Shown: in pieces, positions 51,860 through 61,925 of the stretch | Layout of the letters: the number at the start of each line of letters is the position of its first letter | Position numbering within the stretch: position 1 is the first letter of the stretch | Sequence record: ON528742 | Origin: Shigella phage ESh32 | DNA length: 64,000 nt | Direction: 5' to 3' (one strand) | Notes under the pieces: generated by a model | Database searches by the model: none | What the model saw: only the letters and a program-made list of their open reading frames with translations | Told to the model about the DNA's origin: nothing | Position numbers and translations under genes: made by a program

Positions 51860-52979
51860 TTTTAACCTTAACTGGGTCGATTGTTTCCAGTTTCGTTGCA
51901 TTAGTGAACATATAAAGATGAGTTACGGAATTATTATTTGATAATTCGTGAATAACTTCATCAACGTAAAATTCTGTTTTAAATTGGTTTTTACTATCAT
52001 TAAAAATAATTTTAACGCCAGGAGTCAAGTTAAAATTACCGACAGTAGAACATTTAGCGTAACCATCATACTGCGCCATAGTCTGAAGACGAATAGCTTC
52101 TTCATAGCCATTCCTATAAGTCATTTCAGAATAAGCACCTGATCTGGACACTACAATAGAGTTTTCACCCTTTCCTGTAGTAATCATTGGCAATGAAGAA
52201 TCCAAAAACGAATGCGCATAGATAGTAGCATTTTTCATTGGATCGCGTTTGTGAGGATTCGATTTAGTCAACCAAACGAAATCATATGCTAATGGATATT
52301 TTAATTCTTGGACAAATTGACCTATTAAAGTTGGCTCACCGACAATCATTGGATATGGTTCTTGATTTATCATCATATCATAGTCCATCATGTTAACTCC
52401 CATGATGTCTTGCCATACAAATACGAACTTATCGCTTCCTACCGCTAGAGCAACTTCTCTTACATATGACAAATAGTTTTCAAATGTGCTAGTCCATGGA
52501 ATATCAGGAACATAAGCATTAATAGCATTTATCGCTGGAGTTAATAATGTACGATCTTGATAAATTACGCCAAGCATTTCCTTTATAGATTCACCGGCAT
52601 CAGGGAAAAATGGTCTACCAAATTTAAGATTTTCTATAGAATGAATAGTTCCTAATTCAATAGCAATGATGTTATCGCCTTTTGAATCTACTGACACGGA
52701 AAAATGCTTGCACCCATAAATTCGGGTTTTAACATTATTAATATCGTTTGCATTAGCTACAGAAATCTGAATTATTTCATTTCCATCCATTTTTGTATGA
52801 ATGTTTTTAGAATCATAAAATTGTAGCATTCCTTCATTTCGACCATAAAGAGAGTCACGCATAGTTAATGTGGTAATAGTAGCAGCTAATTCAACAAATC
52901 TATTATTACTCCAAGCGTCATAACTCTCAAATAATTTAACGCTGAGATTTGGATATCCAGGACGTTGTAACATACTCAT
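51807..52979 (-). CDS. 27: baseplate hub subunit gp27 (390 aa)
   Basis: [38 protein letters not shown]...; size and synteny. Confidence 0.9.
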   Translation of the reverse strand: MSMLQRPGYPNLSVKLFESYDAWSNNRFVELAATITTLTMRDSLYGRNEGMLQFYDSKNIHTKMDGNEIIQISVANANDINNVKTRIYGCKHFSVSVDSKGDNIIAIELGTIHSIENLKFGRPFFPDAGESIKEMLGVIYQDRTLLTPAINAINAYVPDIPWTSTFENYLSYVREVALAVGSDKFVFVWQDIMGVNMMDYDMMINQEPYPMIVGEPTLIGQFVQELKYPLAYDFVWLTKSNPHKRDPMKNATIYAHSFLDSSLPMITTGKGENSIVVSRSGAYSEMTYRNGYEEAIRLQTMAQYDGYAKCSTVGNFNLTPGVKIIFNDSKNQFKTEFYVDEVIHELSNNNSVTHLYMFTNATKLETIDPVKVKNEFKTDTTTEESSSSDK

Positions 52980-53728
52980 TGATGTTTATCCTTCTCAATC
53001 AGTTTTAATACGAATCCGCGCTCGGCAGGAATCATTTTCATTATTGAATTTAAGCTATAATTACTTTTTACAAGCGTGTGATTAATTTGATAAAAAGTAA
53101 ATATCTCATCTGGATTAACTAATAGCTTAAACACATCTACTATATCAGTGTATTTTTTTACATACTTATTACAACATGACATATGTAATGTTAAATTAAT
53201 AGGATTCATTGCATCGAGAATTTTTTCTAATGTTTCTATCTCGATGGCATCAACAAGTTCTATTTGACTTGATTCGCTAATTTCCTTCCAATCATACCAT
53301 ATTTCATCTACTTGAACGGAATGAATATTTTCAGTAATCATCTTTGCTTTATTTTCATAAAACTCAGAAGGAAAATTTAATTTAATTTTAACATTAGCTA
53401 CATCAAAAATAGGTTCCTTTAATTCTTTTTGATATATTTCAAATGGAACTGTCTTTTCTTTTTTACATTTTGGACATATGAATGTGACTGGTACTTTAGT
53501 TTTACCTATTGAACCTACAAATACCTGCAAAAATATAAACGGTTGCCAAGTCTTTGGATAGTCTCCAAAATAATCAGCAATTAAATCAGCAATTACTTCT
53601 TTTTGTTCTTGTGGTGACCGATGTTCTATATCGTTTCGAACTAACAAAAAATCTCGATAATCTTCTACCGTAAATGGTTTAAAACGATGAACACCATCTG
53701 GTAATTTACAACGAATAATGTTTGCCAT
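52976..53728 (-). CDS. 51: baseplate hub assembly catalyst gp51 (250 aa)
   Basis: [36 protein letters not shown]...; Cys cluster CPKC...; synteny. Confidence 0.85.
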   Translation of the reverse strand: MANIIRCKLPDGVHRFKPFTVEDYRDFLLVRNDIEHRSPQEQKEVIADLIADYFGDYPKTWQPFIFLQVFVGSIGKTKVPVTFICPKCKKEKTVPFEIYQKELKEPIFDVANVKIKLNFPSEFYENKAKMITENIHSVQVDEIWYDWKEISESSQIELVDAIEIETLEKILDAMNPINLTLHMSCCNKYVKKYTDIVDVFKLLVNPDEIFTFYQINHTLVKSNYSLNSIMKMIPAERGFVLKLIEKDKHQ

Positions 53729-53746
53729 AGATGCTCCTTTTATTCT

Positions 53747-53757
53747 ATTTATAAATA
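53747..53757. promoter_or_regulatory. divergent late promoters in palindromic TATTTATAAATA (TATAAATA on minus for gene 51, on plus for gene 26)
   Basis: Overlapping exact late -10 consensus on both strands in the 50-bp 51/26 intergenic region. Confidence 0.6.
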
Positions 53758-53778
53758 TGATAAATAAAGGAGCTAAAT

Positions 53779-54405
53779 ATGTATGAATACAAATTTGACG
53801 TGAGAGTTGGTTCTAAAATAATCAACTGTCGCGCATTTACTCTTAAAGAATATCTAGAACTTATTACTGCTAAAAAGAACGGTTCAGTAGAAGAGATCGT
53901 TAAAAAGCTAATTAAAGACTGCACAAATGCAAAAGATTTAAACCGCCAAGAATCAGAACTACTGCTGATTCATTTATGGGCACATTCTCTTGGAGAAGTT
54001 AATCACGAAAACTCCTGGAAGTGCACCTGTGGAACTGAAATACCAACTCATATAAATCTATTACATACACAAATAGATGCACCAGAAGACCTCTGGTATA
54101 CACTGGGTGACATTAAAATTAAGTTCCATTACCCTAAAATTTTTGATGATAAAAATATAGCCCACATGATAGTATCATGTATAGAAACGATTCATGCTAA
54201 TGGGGAAAGCATTCCAGTTGAAGACTTAAATGAAAAAGAACTGGAAGATTTATATTCTATCATCACAGAGTCAGATATTGTAGCTATAAAAGATATGCTT
54301 TTAAAGCCTACTGTTTATTTGGCTGTTCCAATTAAGTGTCCAGAGTGTGGAAAAACTCACGCTCATGTAATAAGAGGACTCAAAGAATTCTTTGAGCTAT
54401 TGTAA
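53779..54405 (+). CDS. 26: baseplate hub subunit gp26 (208 aa)
   Basis: [35 protein letters not shown]...; 208 aa; SD AAGGAGC. Confidence 0.85.
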   Translation: MYEYKFDVRVGSKIINCRAFTLKEYLELITAKKNGSVEEIVKKLIKDCTNAKDLNRQESELLLIHLWAHSLGEVNHENSWKCTCGTEIPTHINLLHTQIDAPEDLWYTLGDIKIKFHYPKIFDDKNIAHMIVSCIETIHANGESIPVEDLNEKELEDLYSIITESDIVAIKDMLLKPTVYLAVPIKCPECGKTHAHVIRGLKEFFELL

Positions 54406-54803
54406 TGGCAAATATTAATAAGCTTTATTCTGACATTGACCCAGAAATGAAAATGGATTGGGACAAAGATGTTTCAAGATCTCTTGGATTAAGGTCAATT
54501 AAAAATAGCCTTTTAGGAATTATTACAACCAGGAAAGGGTCAAGGCCATTTGACCCAGAATTTGGATGCGATTTATCTGACCAGCTTTTTGAGAATATGA
54601 CTCCTCTTACTGCTGATACTGTTGAGCGTAACATTGAAAGCGCAGTAAGAAACTACGAGCCACGTATTGATAAATTAGCAGTTAATGTAATACCGGTTTA
54701 TGATGATTATACTCTGATAGTAGAAATACGCTTTTCAGTCATCGATAACCCTGATGATATTGAGCAGATAAAACTACAACTGGCTTCCAGTAACAGAGTA
54801 TAA
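54405..54803 (+). CDS. 25: baseplate wedge protein gp25 (132 aa)
   Basis: [54 protein letters not shown]...; gpW/gp25 fold; 132 aa. Confidence 0.9.
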   Translation: MANINKLYSDIDPEMKMDWDKDVSRSLGLRSIKNSLLGIITTRKGSRPFDPEFGCDLSDQLFENMTPLTADTVERNIESAVRNYEPRIDKLAVNVIPVYDDYTLIVEIRFSVIDNPDDIEQIKLQLASSNRV

Positions 54804-54829
54804 TGCTTCACGTATAAACGTGGTATAAT
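54803..54829 (+). promoter_or_regulatory. MotA-dependent middle promoter for uvsY (MotA box ATGCTTCA 54803-54810, -10 TATAAT 54824-54829)
   Basis: TGCTT core 15 nt upstream of TATAAT; uvsY is a classic T4 middle gene. Confidence 0.6.
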
Positions 54830-54869
54830 GAATCTAAGTCCATCCAATAACAATTGAATAGAGAACAAT

Positions 54870-55283
54870 ATGAGATTAGAAGATCTTCAAGAAGAATTGA
54901 AGAAAGATGTGTTTATAGATTCGACTAAATTGCAGTATGAAGCAGCTAATAATGTGATGTTATATAGTAAATGGCTTAATAAGCATTCAAGTATTAAAAA
55001 GGAAATGCTTAGAATTGACGCACAGAAAAAAGTTGCTCTTAAAGCTAAATTAGACTACTACTCGGGACGAGGAGATGGTGATGAATTTAGTATGGACCGT
55101 TATGAGAAATCAGAAATGAAGACAGTTCTATCAGCTGATAAGGATGTTTTAAAGGTTGATACCTCGTTACAGTATTGGGGGATTTTATTGGATTTCTGTA
55201 GCGGAGCTCTTGATGCTATCAAATCACGCGGATTTGCTATTAAGCATATTCAAGACATGCGAGCATTTGAGGCTGGAAAATAA
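54870..55283 (+). CDS. uvsY: recombination mediator UvsY (137 aa)
   Basis: MRLEDLQEELKKDVFIDSTKLQYEAANNVMLYSKWLNK...; 137 aa. Confidence 0.9.
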   Translation: MRLEDLQEELKKDVFIDSTKLQYEAANNVMLYSKWLNKHSSIKKEMLRIDAQKKVALKAKLDYYSGRGDGDEFSMDRYEKSEMKTVLSADKDVLKVDTSLQYWGILLDFCSGALDAIKSRGFAIKHIQDMRAFEAGK

Positions 55284-55507
55284 TGAAATATAGCATTGAT
55301 GATGCTTTTAATTATGAAGAAGAATTCGAAACGGAAATTCAATTCTTAATGAAAAAGTATAATCTTAAGCGTCAGGATATTCGTATCCTGGCTGACCACC
55401 CATGTGGTGAAGATGTACTTTATGTTAAAGGAAAATTTGCTGGATATCTTGATGAATATTTTTATTCTAAAGATATGGGCATTGATATGCATATGAGAGT
55501 TATATAA
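55283..55507 (+). CDS. hypothetical protein (74 aa; uvsY.-1 position)
   Basis: ORF track; TAATG coupling to uvsY. Confidence 0.5.
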   Translation: MKYSIDDAFNYEEEFETEIQFLMKKYNLKRQDIRILADHPCGEDVLYVKGKFAGYLDEYFYSKDMGIDMHMRVI

Positions 55508-55510
55508 ATA
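55503..55510 (+). promoter_or_regulatory. late-promoter consensus TATAAATA upstream of small Zn-ribbon ORF
   Basis: Exact octamer about 26 nt upstream of ATG 55536. Confidence 0.45.
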
Positions 55511-55535
55511 GATATATAATTTAGAGGAGACAATC

Positions 55536-55703
55536 ATGTCAGATAAGATTTGTGTTGTCTGTAAAACTCCAATCGATTCTGCATTGGTTGTTGAAACAGA
55601 CAAAGGTCCTGTACATCCTGGGCCTTGTTATAATTACATTAAAGAACTACCAGTTTCAGAAAGTTCGGAAGAACAATTAAATGAAACACAACTTTTGCTA
55701 TAG
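55536..55703 (+). CDS. small Cys-containing (zinc-ribbon-like) protein, 55 aa (uvsY.-2 position)
   Basis: MSDKICVVCKTPIDSALVVETDKGPVHPGPCYNY...; SD GAGGAGA; below track cutoff. Confidence 0.4.
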   Translation: MSDKICVVCKTPIDSALVVETDKGPVHPGPCYNYIKELPVSESSEEQLNETQLLL

Positions 55704-55758
55704 TGTGACCTTTAGTCTATAGTTTTGGCCCTTCCTTTTTGGTTGGGCCTTTTTTAAT

Positions 55759-55989
55759 TTAAAAGCTTTCTTCTACTTCATCGTCTGAATCTTCTAATTC
55801 AGCTCTTTTTCCTGCCAAAGCATCTCTGACTGAGATGTCATCAGTATCTTTTAATTCAGTTTCTTTAACTCTTTTCTTATAATAAGCTTCAAGTTCTTCT
55901 AGACCTTCTATCGTTTGACAAGAGGCAATTTTACCCATAAATTCATCAATAGAAGCTTCATAAAGAAATTGTTTAAATTCTAGTAACAT
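55759..55989 (-). CDS. uvsW.1: UvsW.1 small acidic protein (76 aa)
   Basis: Start MLLEFKQFLYEASIDEF at ATG 55987-55989 with GGAG SD; 76 aa as T4 UvsW.1. Confidence 0.6.
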   Translation of the reverse strand: MLLEFKQFLYEASIDEFMGKIASCQTIEGLEELEAYYKKRVKETELKDTDDISVRDALAGKRAELEDSDDEVEESF

Positions 55990-56014
55990 CTTTTTCTCCA
56001 AAGGGCCGAAGCCC

Positions 56015-57523
56015 TTATAAATTAACTGTTTTCATTACGTAATTAAATTTTTCATCTGCGTAGCGCTGAATACGATCAATGCCGTGTTTTAAAAGATAGT
56101 TCAAATGAACGTATTTCTTTTTCGTATTAGCAGATTTTGGCTTAACACCACAATCATCTATGAGGTCCCAGACTGTTGCTATTGTCTTAGAACCATGCTT
56201 ACGTAATACACGACCGATTGTTTGTAATACAATGATTTTTGATTTAACACCGTGCGCTAAAACAACGTGATGCAGATTTTTAACTGAAATACCAGTAGAA
56301 AATACACCATAACTAGCTACTATAATTATTCCTTTACCATTTTCAGCTAAGGTTTTCATTATATTGCGGGTTTCGGTATCAACTTCCCCTGATACGTAAT
56401 AAACTTTATCGTATTCATTTTTAATTAAATCGAAAATAGCTTTACCATGTGATACATGTTTAAACATGACAAAAGCGTTTTCATCTTTTTGCGCAAGCTT
56501 AATAGCTAATTTAGCGATCCATTTATTTCTTTTACTAAGCCCCGTAATAATTTTTATTTCTTCTTGATAAGTTTTTCCCTTTAATTTAGTAGTGAACTCA
56601 TCGGGATAGCGAAGAAAAATACTATTAATTTTTAGCTCAGTTACTTGTCCATCTTCCATTAACTTAGAAGTCGTTACTGGCTTAAATATTTCACCAAACA
56701 TTCCAACATACTGCATGATATTGGCTTTGCCATCACGTAATGAACCAGATAGACCAAATTTGAACATGCAGTTATTTAAACCTGATATGATAGATGAAAT
56801 ACTTTTTCCTGTAGCAAGATGACATTCATCATTCATCATCATTCCAAACTGTGAGAACCATTCTTTTGGTTGTTTAACTACAGTTTGCCATGTACCAACA
56901 ACGACTGGTGCATCATTTTTATATTTATCATCTTTTGATGCTCCGCCACCAATTTTCTTTATCATTGCATGACTGAATAAACGATAGTCAACGAAGTCAT
57001 CAGCCATCTGAGTTGTTAGAGCAGTTGTTGGAACAATGATAAGAATTTTACCTTCGTAATTTTCCAAATAATACCGAGCGAGCAGAGCCTGAATTAAAGA
57101 TTTACCAGCGGATGTTGGAAGATTAAGAATTCTACGACGATTAACTAATCCTTCGAACACTGCATCTTTTTGATACCAGTGTGGTTCAATTCTTTTATTT
57201 CCTGAATAGATTTCTAATTTAGAAAGCCATTCATCAAAATCTTTTCTTGATAATTCTTCTTTTTCGTTAATTTGTGGGTCAATCCAGGCTTTATAGCCAA
57301 AGTTATCACAGAACTTTTTAATTTGCCCGACTAAGCCGAATGGAAGAAGACGATTATAATCTAAAAGACGGATTCGTCCATCCCAGTTGCCATATCTGAA
57401 GCGAGGGTTAAATCTATATCCATCGGCCTCAAACGAAAAGAAATCTCTTAATTCGTGGAACGTGCTCTCTTCACAATCGATGCGTACATGACTGAAGTCG
57501 TGAAAATGTACTTTAATATCCAT
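56015..57523 (-). CDS. uvsW: UvsW SF2 DNA helicase / branch-migration protein (502 aa)
   Basis: Walker A-like LPTSAGKS, DECH box (MMMNDECH), helicase C-terminal motifs; 502 aa. Confidence 0.9.
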   Translation of the reverse strand: MDIKVHFHDFSHVRIDCEESTFHELRDFFSFEADGYRFNPRFRYGNWDGRIRLLDYNRLLPFGLVGQIKKFCDNFGYKAWIDPQINEKEELSRKDFDEWLSKLEIYSGNKRIEPHWYQKDAVFEGLVNRRRILNLPTSAGKSLIQALLARYYLENYEGKILIIVPTTALTTQMADDFVDYRLFSHAMIKKIGGGASKDDKYKNDAPVVVGTWQTVVKQPKEWFSQFGMMMNDECHLATGKSISSIISGLNNCMFKFGLSGSLRDGKANIMQYVGMFGEIFKPVTTSKLMEDGQVTELKINSIFLRYPDEFTTKLKGKTYQEEIKIITGLSKRNKWIAKLAIKLAQKDENAFVMFKHVSHGKAIFDLIKNEYDKVYYVSGEVDTETRNIMKTLAENGKGIIIVASYGVFSTGISVKNLHHVVLAHGVKSKIIVLQTIGRVLRKHGSKTIATVWDLIDDCGVKPKSANTKKKYVHLNYLLKHGIDRIQRYADEKFNYVMKTVNL

Positions 57524-57525
57524 AA

Positions 57526-58143
57526 TTATGCCTTACTAAATTTGCCTTTAGAATCTCTTTTCATGAGACGACCTTTAATAAATCCGTCGGGAATAATACC
57601 GTCTGGCTGTATTAATTTATTTATTGCACCATTATTGACCCAAAAAGTTCCTGTGGTAGTCGGTTTGACTTTACATCCTTTTCTGGACTTTCTATTAGGA
57701 TGAACCATCCCTTTTACAAATCCTTCTGGAACAAGTTCTCCAGGTTTAATAAAAATATTTTTAGTTCCATTAGTGTAACAAGTTGTACCTAATACCGTGC
57801 CCGGTGAGTTTTCAAATCTCTTAGCGGAAGATTCTTTCATCTTTGCTATAACCTCTGTAGTCATAACAATTCCACCAATTCCACCGGGTTTCATATTATA
57901 ATAATTTTTGCTTTTTATTATTTCAGGAGTTATAATTTCTTCTTCATACATGTACGCTTCTTCGGAAGTTTTAAACTCTTTTAGTATTGTTCTAGAGAAA
58001 TTGTTTTCACCATATTTCTTTATAGCCTGCTGAATTGCCTTACCGGAACCAAGGTAACCATCATTCAAGTCATCAGTAGAGTGTTTTCCTATATACTTTT
58101 TACCATTTATTAGATTTGTTGTTTCATATACAAAGTGGTACAT
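57526..58143 (-). CDS. segD: GIY-YIG homing endonuclease, SegD-like (205 aa)
   Basis: N-terminal YHFVYETTNLINGKKYIGKH GIY-YIG motif; located between uvsW and inh/hoc. Confidence 0.6.
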   Translation of the reverse strand: MYHFVYETTNLINGKKYIGKHSTDDLNDGYLGSGKAIQQAIKKYGENNFSRTILKEFKTSEEAYMYEEEIITPEIIKSKNYYNMKPGGIGGIVMTTEVIAKMKESSAKRFENSPGTVLGTTCYTNGTKNIFIKPGELVPEGFVKGMVHPNRKSRKGCKVKPTTTGTFWVNNGAINKLIQPDGIIPDGFIKGRLMKRDSKGKFSKA

Positions 58144-58171
58144 ACTATTTTCCGAGTAATAAATATATCTA

Positions 58172-58179
58172 TATTTATA
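58172..58179 (-). promoter_or_regulatory. late-promoter consensus (TATAAATA on minus strand) upstream of the SegD-like gene
   Basis: Exact octamer about 29 nt upstream of the seg start codon. Confidence 0.4.
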
Positions 58180-58192
58180 CTGAGGAAATATT

Positions 58193-58873
58193 ATGATAGA
58201 TAAAGATTATATTGCAGAGCTGAAGGCTCTTGATGATAATAAAGAAGCTAAAGCTAAATTAGCTGAATACGCTGAACAGTTTGGTATAAAGGTCAAAAAG
58301 AATAAATCTTTTGATAATATCGTTGTTGATATTGAAGAAGCCCTCCAGAAGCTCGCTAGTGAACCTATGCCAGAGACTGATGGGTTATCTATTAAAGACT
58401 TAATTGATGCTGCTGATGCTGCAGAGGGATTAAAATATGACGATGAAGAAGTTAATCCAGAAGCAGCACTTCTGATTGATTCTCCAGTTAAATCTGATAT
58501 TAAAATTGAAGTGGTAGAAACGGATAAAATTCCTGAAAATACTGATGTTTTGATTGAAGACACTCCTTTTGTTGAAGAAAAGTTTGAACAAGCTGTAGAT
58601 AAGATTATTGAATCTGAAAAGCCGTCTGTATTTACTCTTCCGGAAAACTTTAGCCCGAATCTTCAGCTGATTGGAAAAAATCCAGGATTCTGCACTGTTC
58701 CTTGGTGGATTTACCAATGGATTGCTGAAACTCCAGATTGGAAATCTCGCCCAACCAGTTTTGAACATGCGTCTGCGCATCAAACTTTGTTTAGCTTAAT
58801 TTACTACATTAATCGTGACGGATCAGTTCTAATTCGTGAAACACGCAATTCTTCTTTCGTAACATTAAAATAA
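58193..58873 (+). CDS. inh: Inh-like acidic protein (inhibitor of prohead protease), 226 aa
   Basis: Acidic low-complexity protein immediately upstream of hoc, as for T4 inh; SD GAGGAAATA. Confidence 0.55.
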   Translation: MIDKDYIAELKALDDNKEAKAKLAEYAEQFGIKVKKNKSFDNIVVDIEEALQKLASEPMPETDGLSIKDLIDAADAAEGLKYDDEEVNPEAALLIDSPVKSDIKIEVVETDKIPENTDVLIEDTPFVEEKFEQAVDKIIESEKPSVFTLPENFSPNLQLIGKNPGFCTVPWWIYQWIAETPDWKSRPTSFEHASAHQTLFSLIYYINRDGSVLIRETRNSSFVTLK

Positions 58874-58882
58874 GGATAACTT

Positions 58883-60307
58883 ATGACTTTTACAGTTGAT
58901 ATAACTCCTAAAACCCCAACAGGAGTTATTGATGAAACCAAGCAGTTTACTGCTGCACCCAGTGGTCAAACTGAAGGTGGAACTATTACCTATGCTTGGA
59001 GTGTAGATAATGTTCCACAGGATGGAGCTGAAGCAACTTTTAGTTATGTACTAAAAGGACCTGCCGGTCAAAAGACTATTAAAGTAGTTGCAACAAATAC
59101 AGTTCCAGAATCTGAATCTGAACCTGAAACAGCAGAAGCTACGACAACTATCACAGTTCAAAATAAGACACAGACTACTACAATAACAGTAACTCCTGAT
59201 AGTCCTTCGGAAGGAGTAATCGGAACAGCTGTTCAATTTACCGCTGCCTTAGATTCACAGCCGCCAGGTGCATCTGCTACGTATCAATGGCACGTCGACG
59301 GTTCTCCTGTGGGAGAAGCAACTGACGCTACATTTAACTATACTCCTGCCACAAGCGGAGTTAAAAAAATTAAGTGTGTAGCTCAAGTAACTGCGACAGA
59401 TTATGATACAAAGACCGTTACTTCTGACGAAGTGTCGCTGACTGTTAACAAGAAAACCCAAGCGACTACTTTAGTTGTAACTCCTAATAGTCCTTCAGCT
59501 GGAGTAATTGGAACTCCAGTTCAATTTACTGCTGCCTTAGCTTCTCAACCTGATGGAGCGTCTGCTACATATAAGTGGTATGTAGATGATTCTCAAATTG
59601 GTGGAGAAACTAACTCTACATTTAACTATACTCCAACTACAAGTGGAGTAAAAAGAATTAAATGTGTAGCGCAAGTAACTGCTGAAAATTACAATGAAAA
59701 GGAAGTTACTTCCAATGAAGTATCATTAACGGTTAATAAGAAGACAATGAATCCACAGGTTACATTGACTCCTCCTTCTATTAACGTTCAGCAAGATGCT
59801 TCGGCTACATTTACTGCTAATGTCACTGATGCTCCAGAAGAAGCGCAAATTACTTATTCATGGAAGAAAGATTCTTCTCCTGTAGAAGGGTCAACTAATG
59901 TATACACCGTTGATACCTCATCTATTGGAAGTCAAACTATTGAAGTTACTGCTGTCGTTACAGCAACCGACTATGATAGTAAAACAGTTAAAACAACAGG
60001 TCAAGTTCAGGTAACTGATAAAGTTGCTCCGGAACCAGAAGGTGAATTGCCTTATGTTCATCCTCTTCCACACCGTAGCTCAGCTTACATCTGGTGCGGT
60101 TGGTGGGTTATGGATGAAATTCAAAAAATGACTGAAGAAGGTAAAGATTGGAAAACTGAAGACCCAGATAGTAAATACTACCTGCATCGTTACACTCTTC
60201 AGAAGATGATGAAAGACTATCCAGAAGTTGATGTCCAAGAATCACGTAATGGATACATCATTCATAAAACTGCTTTAGAAACTGGTATCATCTATACCTA
60301 TCCATAA
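58883..60307 (+). CDS. hoc: highly immunogenic outer capsid protein Hoc with four Ig-like domains (474 aa)
   Basis: MTFTVDITPKTPTGVIDETKQFTAAPSGQT...; tandem ~98-aa Ig-like repeats; conserved capsid-binding C-terminus ...YVHPLPHRSSAYIWCGWWVMDEIQ. Confidence 0.85.
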   Translation: MTFTVDITPKTPTGVIDETKQFTAAPSGQTEGGTITYAWSVDNVPQDGAEATFSYVLKGPAGQKTIKVVATNTVPESESEPETAEATTTITVQNKTQTTTITVTPDSPSEGVIGTAVQFTAALDSQPPGASATYQWHVDGSPVGEATDATFNYTPATSGVKKIKCVAQVTATDYDTKTVTSDEVSLTVNKKTQATTLVVTPNSPSAGVIGTPVQFTAALASQPDGASATYKWYVDDSQIGGETNSTFNYTPTTSGVKRIKCVAQVTAENYNEKEVTSNEVSLTVNKKTMNPQVTLTPPSINVQQDASATFTANVTDAPEEAQITYSWKKDSSPVEGSTNVYTVDTSSIGSQTIEVTAVVTATDYDSKTVKTTGQVQVTDKVAPEPEGELPYVHPLPHRSSAYIWCGWWVMDEIQKMTEEGKDWKTEDPDSKYYLHRYTLQKMMKDYPEVDVQESRNGYIIHKTALETGIIYTYP

Positions 60308-60311
60308 TCAT

Positions 60312-60334
60312 AAGGGGCTTCGGCCCCTTTCTTC
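60312..60334 (+). terminator. terminator after hoc (GGGGC-UUCG-GCCCC + U-rich tail)
   Basis: GC stem with UUCG loop followed by TTTCTTCATTTT. Confidence 0.55.
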
Positions 60335-60396
60335 ATTTTGAAAGCACACAAAACACAATCAGAAAATGATGTATATAATGGCAACAACTCGATAAC

Positions 60397-60612
60397 ATGA
60401 GATTGATTATGAGAACTGAGGTTGTGGCGTTTACACTTCATGAGTCTGGAAAGTCATTCATTGAAATTGCTCGTGAATTAAACTTACAGGCGAAAGAAGT
60501 GGCTGTATTATGGGCTCGAGCTATGACTGCTAAGAATAAATTTGAAACTCGAGAAAAAGTTGTCTATAGAAAAAGACATATCAATAAAAAGGTGAAAAAT
60601 GGAACAGTATGA
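60397..60612 (+). CDS. hypothetical small basic protein (71 aa)
   Basis: ORF track; no clear SD; alternative ATG at 60409. Confidence 0.4.
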   Translation: MRLIMRTEVVAFTLHESGKSFIEIARELNLQAKEVAVLWARAMTAKNKFETREKVVYRKRHINKKVKNGTV

Positions 60613-60877
60613 TCTTTATGAAAATGAATCTTTTGCTAATCAATTACGCGAAAAAGCATTAAAAAGTAAACAGTTTAAGCTAGAGTGTTTTATTAAAGAT
60701 TTTTCAGAACTTGCTAATAAAGCAGCTGAACAAGGTAAAACATATTTTAGTTATTATTGTACTGCTCGCGATAAATTGATTACTGAAGAAATTGGTGATT
60801 GGTTGAGAAAAGAAGGATTCAGCTTTAAAGTTAATAGTGATCAGCGTGATGGTGATTGGTTAGAAATTACATTTTGA
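60599..60877 (+). CDS. hypothetical protein (92 aa)
   Basis: ORF track; overlaps upstream ORF by 14 nt. Confidence 0.5.
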   Translation: MEQYDLYENESFANQLREKALKSKQFKLECFIKDFSELANKAAEQGKTYFSYYCTARDKLITEEIGDWLRKEGFSFKVNSDQRDGDWLEITF

Positions 60878-60886
60878 GGATTAATT

Positions 60887-61894
60887 ATGTTTAAAAAGTA
60901 TAGCAGTCTTGAAAATCATTATAACTCTAAATTTATTGAAAAACTTTATAGCTTGGGATTGACTGGTGGGGAGTGGGTAGCTCGTGAAAAGATTCATGGT
61001 ACAAATTTCTCATTGATTATTGAGCGTGATAAAGTAACTTGCGCTAAACGTACTGGCCCTATTCTTCCAGCAGAAGATTTTTATGGCTATGAAATAGTAC
61101 TCAAAAAGTATGATAAAGCTATTAAAGGCGTTCAAGAAGTCATGGACAGTATTTCAACTTCAGTGCCGGTGACATATCAAGTCTTTGGTGAATTCGCTGG
61201 TGGTGGAATTCAGAAAGGTGTTGACTACGGTGAAAAAGATTTCTATGTATTCGATATCATCATAAACACGGAAAGCGGTGATACTTATTACATGAGTGAT
61301 TACGAAATGCAAGATTTCTGTAATACGTTTGGTTTTAAAATGGCACCAATGCTTGGACGTGGAACATTTGATGCTCTTATCATGATTCCAAACGACCTTG
61401 ATTCCGTCTTAGCCGCTTATAACGTTACGGCATCGGAAGACCTTGTCGAAGCAAATAATTGTGTATTTGATGCTAATGTTATTGGTGATAATACTGCAGA
61501 AGGTTATGTTCTGAAGCCTTGTTTCCCTAAATGGCTGCCAAACGGTGCTCGTGTAGCGATTAAATGCAAGAACTCTAAATTTAGTGAAAAGAAAAAGTCT
61601 GATAAGCCTATTAAAGCTAAAGTTGAGCTATCAGAAGCTGATAACAAATTGGTTGGAATTTTAGCTTGTTACGTTACACTAAACCGCGTAAATAACGTTA
61701 TTTCTAAAATTGGCGAAATTGGTCCAAAGGATTTTGGAAAGGTGATGGGGCTAACTGTTCAAGATATTTTGGAAGAAACTTCTCGTGAAGGTATTACTCT
61801 AACTCAAGCAGATAATCCTTCTTTGATTAAAAAGGAATTAGTTAAAATGGTACAAGATGTACTTCGTCCAGCTTGGATTGAGTTGGTGAGCTAA
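60887..61894 (+). CDS. rnlB: RNA ligase 2 (335 aa)
   Basis: [43 protein letters not shown]... with nucleotidyltransferase KxHG motif; SD GAGGATTAA. Confidence 0.85.
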   Translation: MFKKYSSLENHYNSKFIEKLYSLGLTGGEWVAREKIHGTNFSLIIERDKVTCAKRTGPILPAEDFYGYEIVLKKYDKAIKGVQEVMDSISTSVPVTYQVFGEFAGGGIQKGVDYGEKDFYVFDIIINTESGDTYYMSDYEMQDFCNTFGFKMAPMLGRGTFDALIMIPNDLDSVLAAYNVTASEDLVEANNCVFDANVIGDNTAEGYVLKPCFPKWLPNGARVAIKCKNSKFSEKKKSDKPIKAKVELSEADNKLVGILACYVTLNRVNNVISKIGEIGPKDFGKVMGLTVQDILEETSREGITLTQADNPSLIKKELVKMVQDVLRPAWIELVS

Positions 61895-61896
61895 AT

Positions 61897-61925
61897 AAAA
61901 AGGGACCTTTCGGTCCCTTTGTTTT
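61897..61925. terminator. bidirectional terminator between convergent rnlB and gene 24 (AAAAGGGACC-UUUC-GGUCCCUUU)
   Basis: Stem flanked by A-run upstream and T-run downstream, so it is U-tailed on both strands. Confidence 0.6.

Noticed and set aside
58207-58783. Minus-strand ORFs 58207..58563 and 58430..58783 opposite inh
   Set aside because: Low-complexity antisense translation of the acidic inh gene; no start signals.
60338-60379. Promoter upstream of the 71-aa ORF at 60397 (TATAAT at 60374-60379)
   Set aside because: A good -10 hexamer, but no -35 GTTTAC/TTGACA or MotA box at proper spacing; too weak to call.
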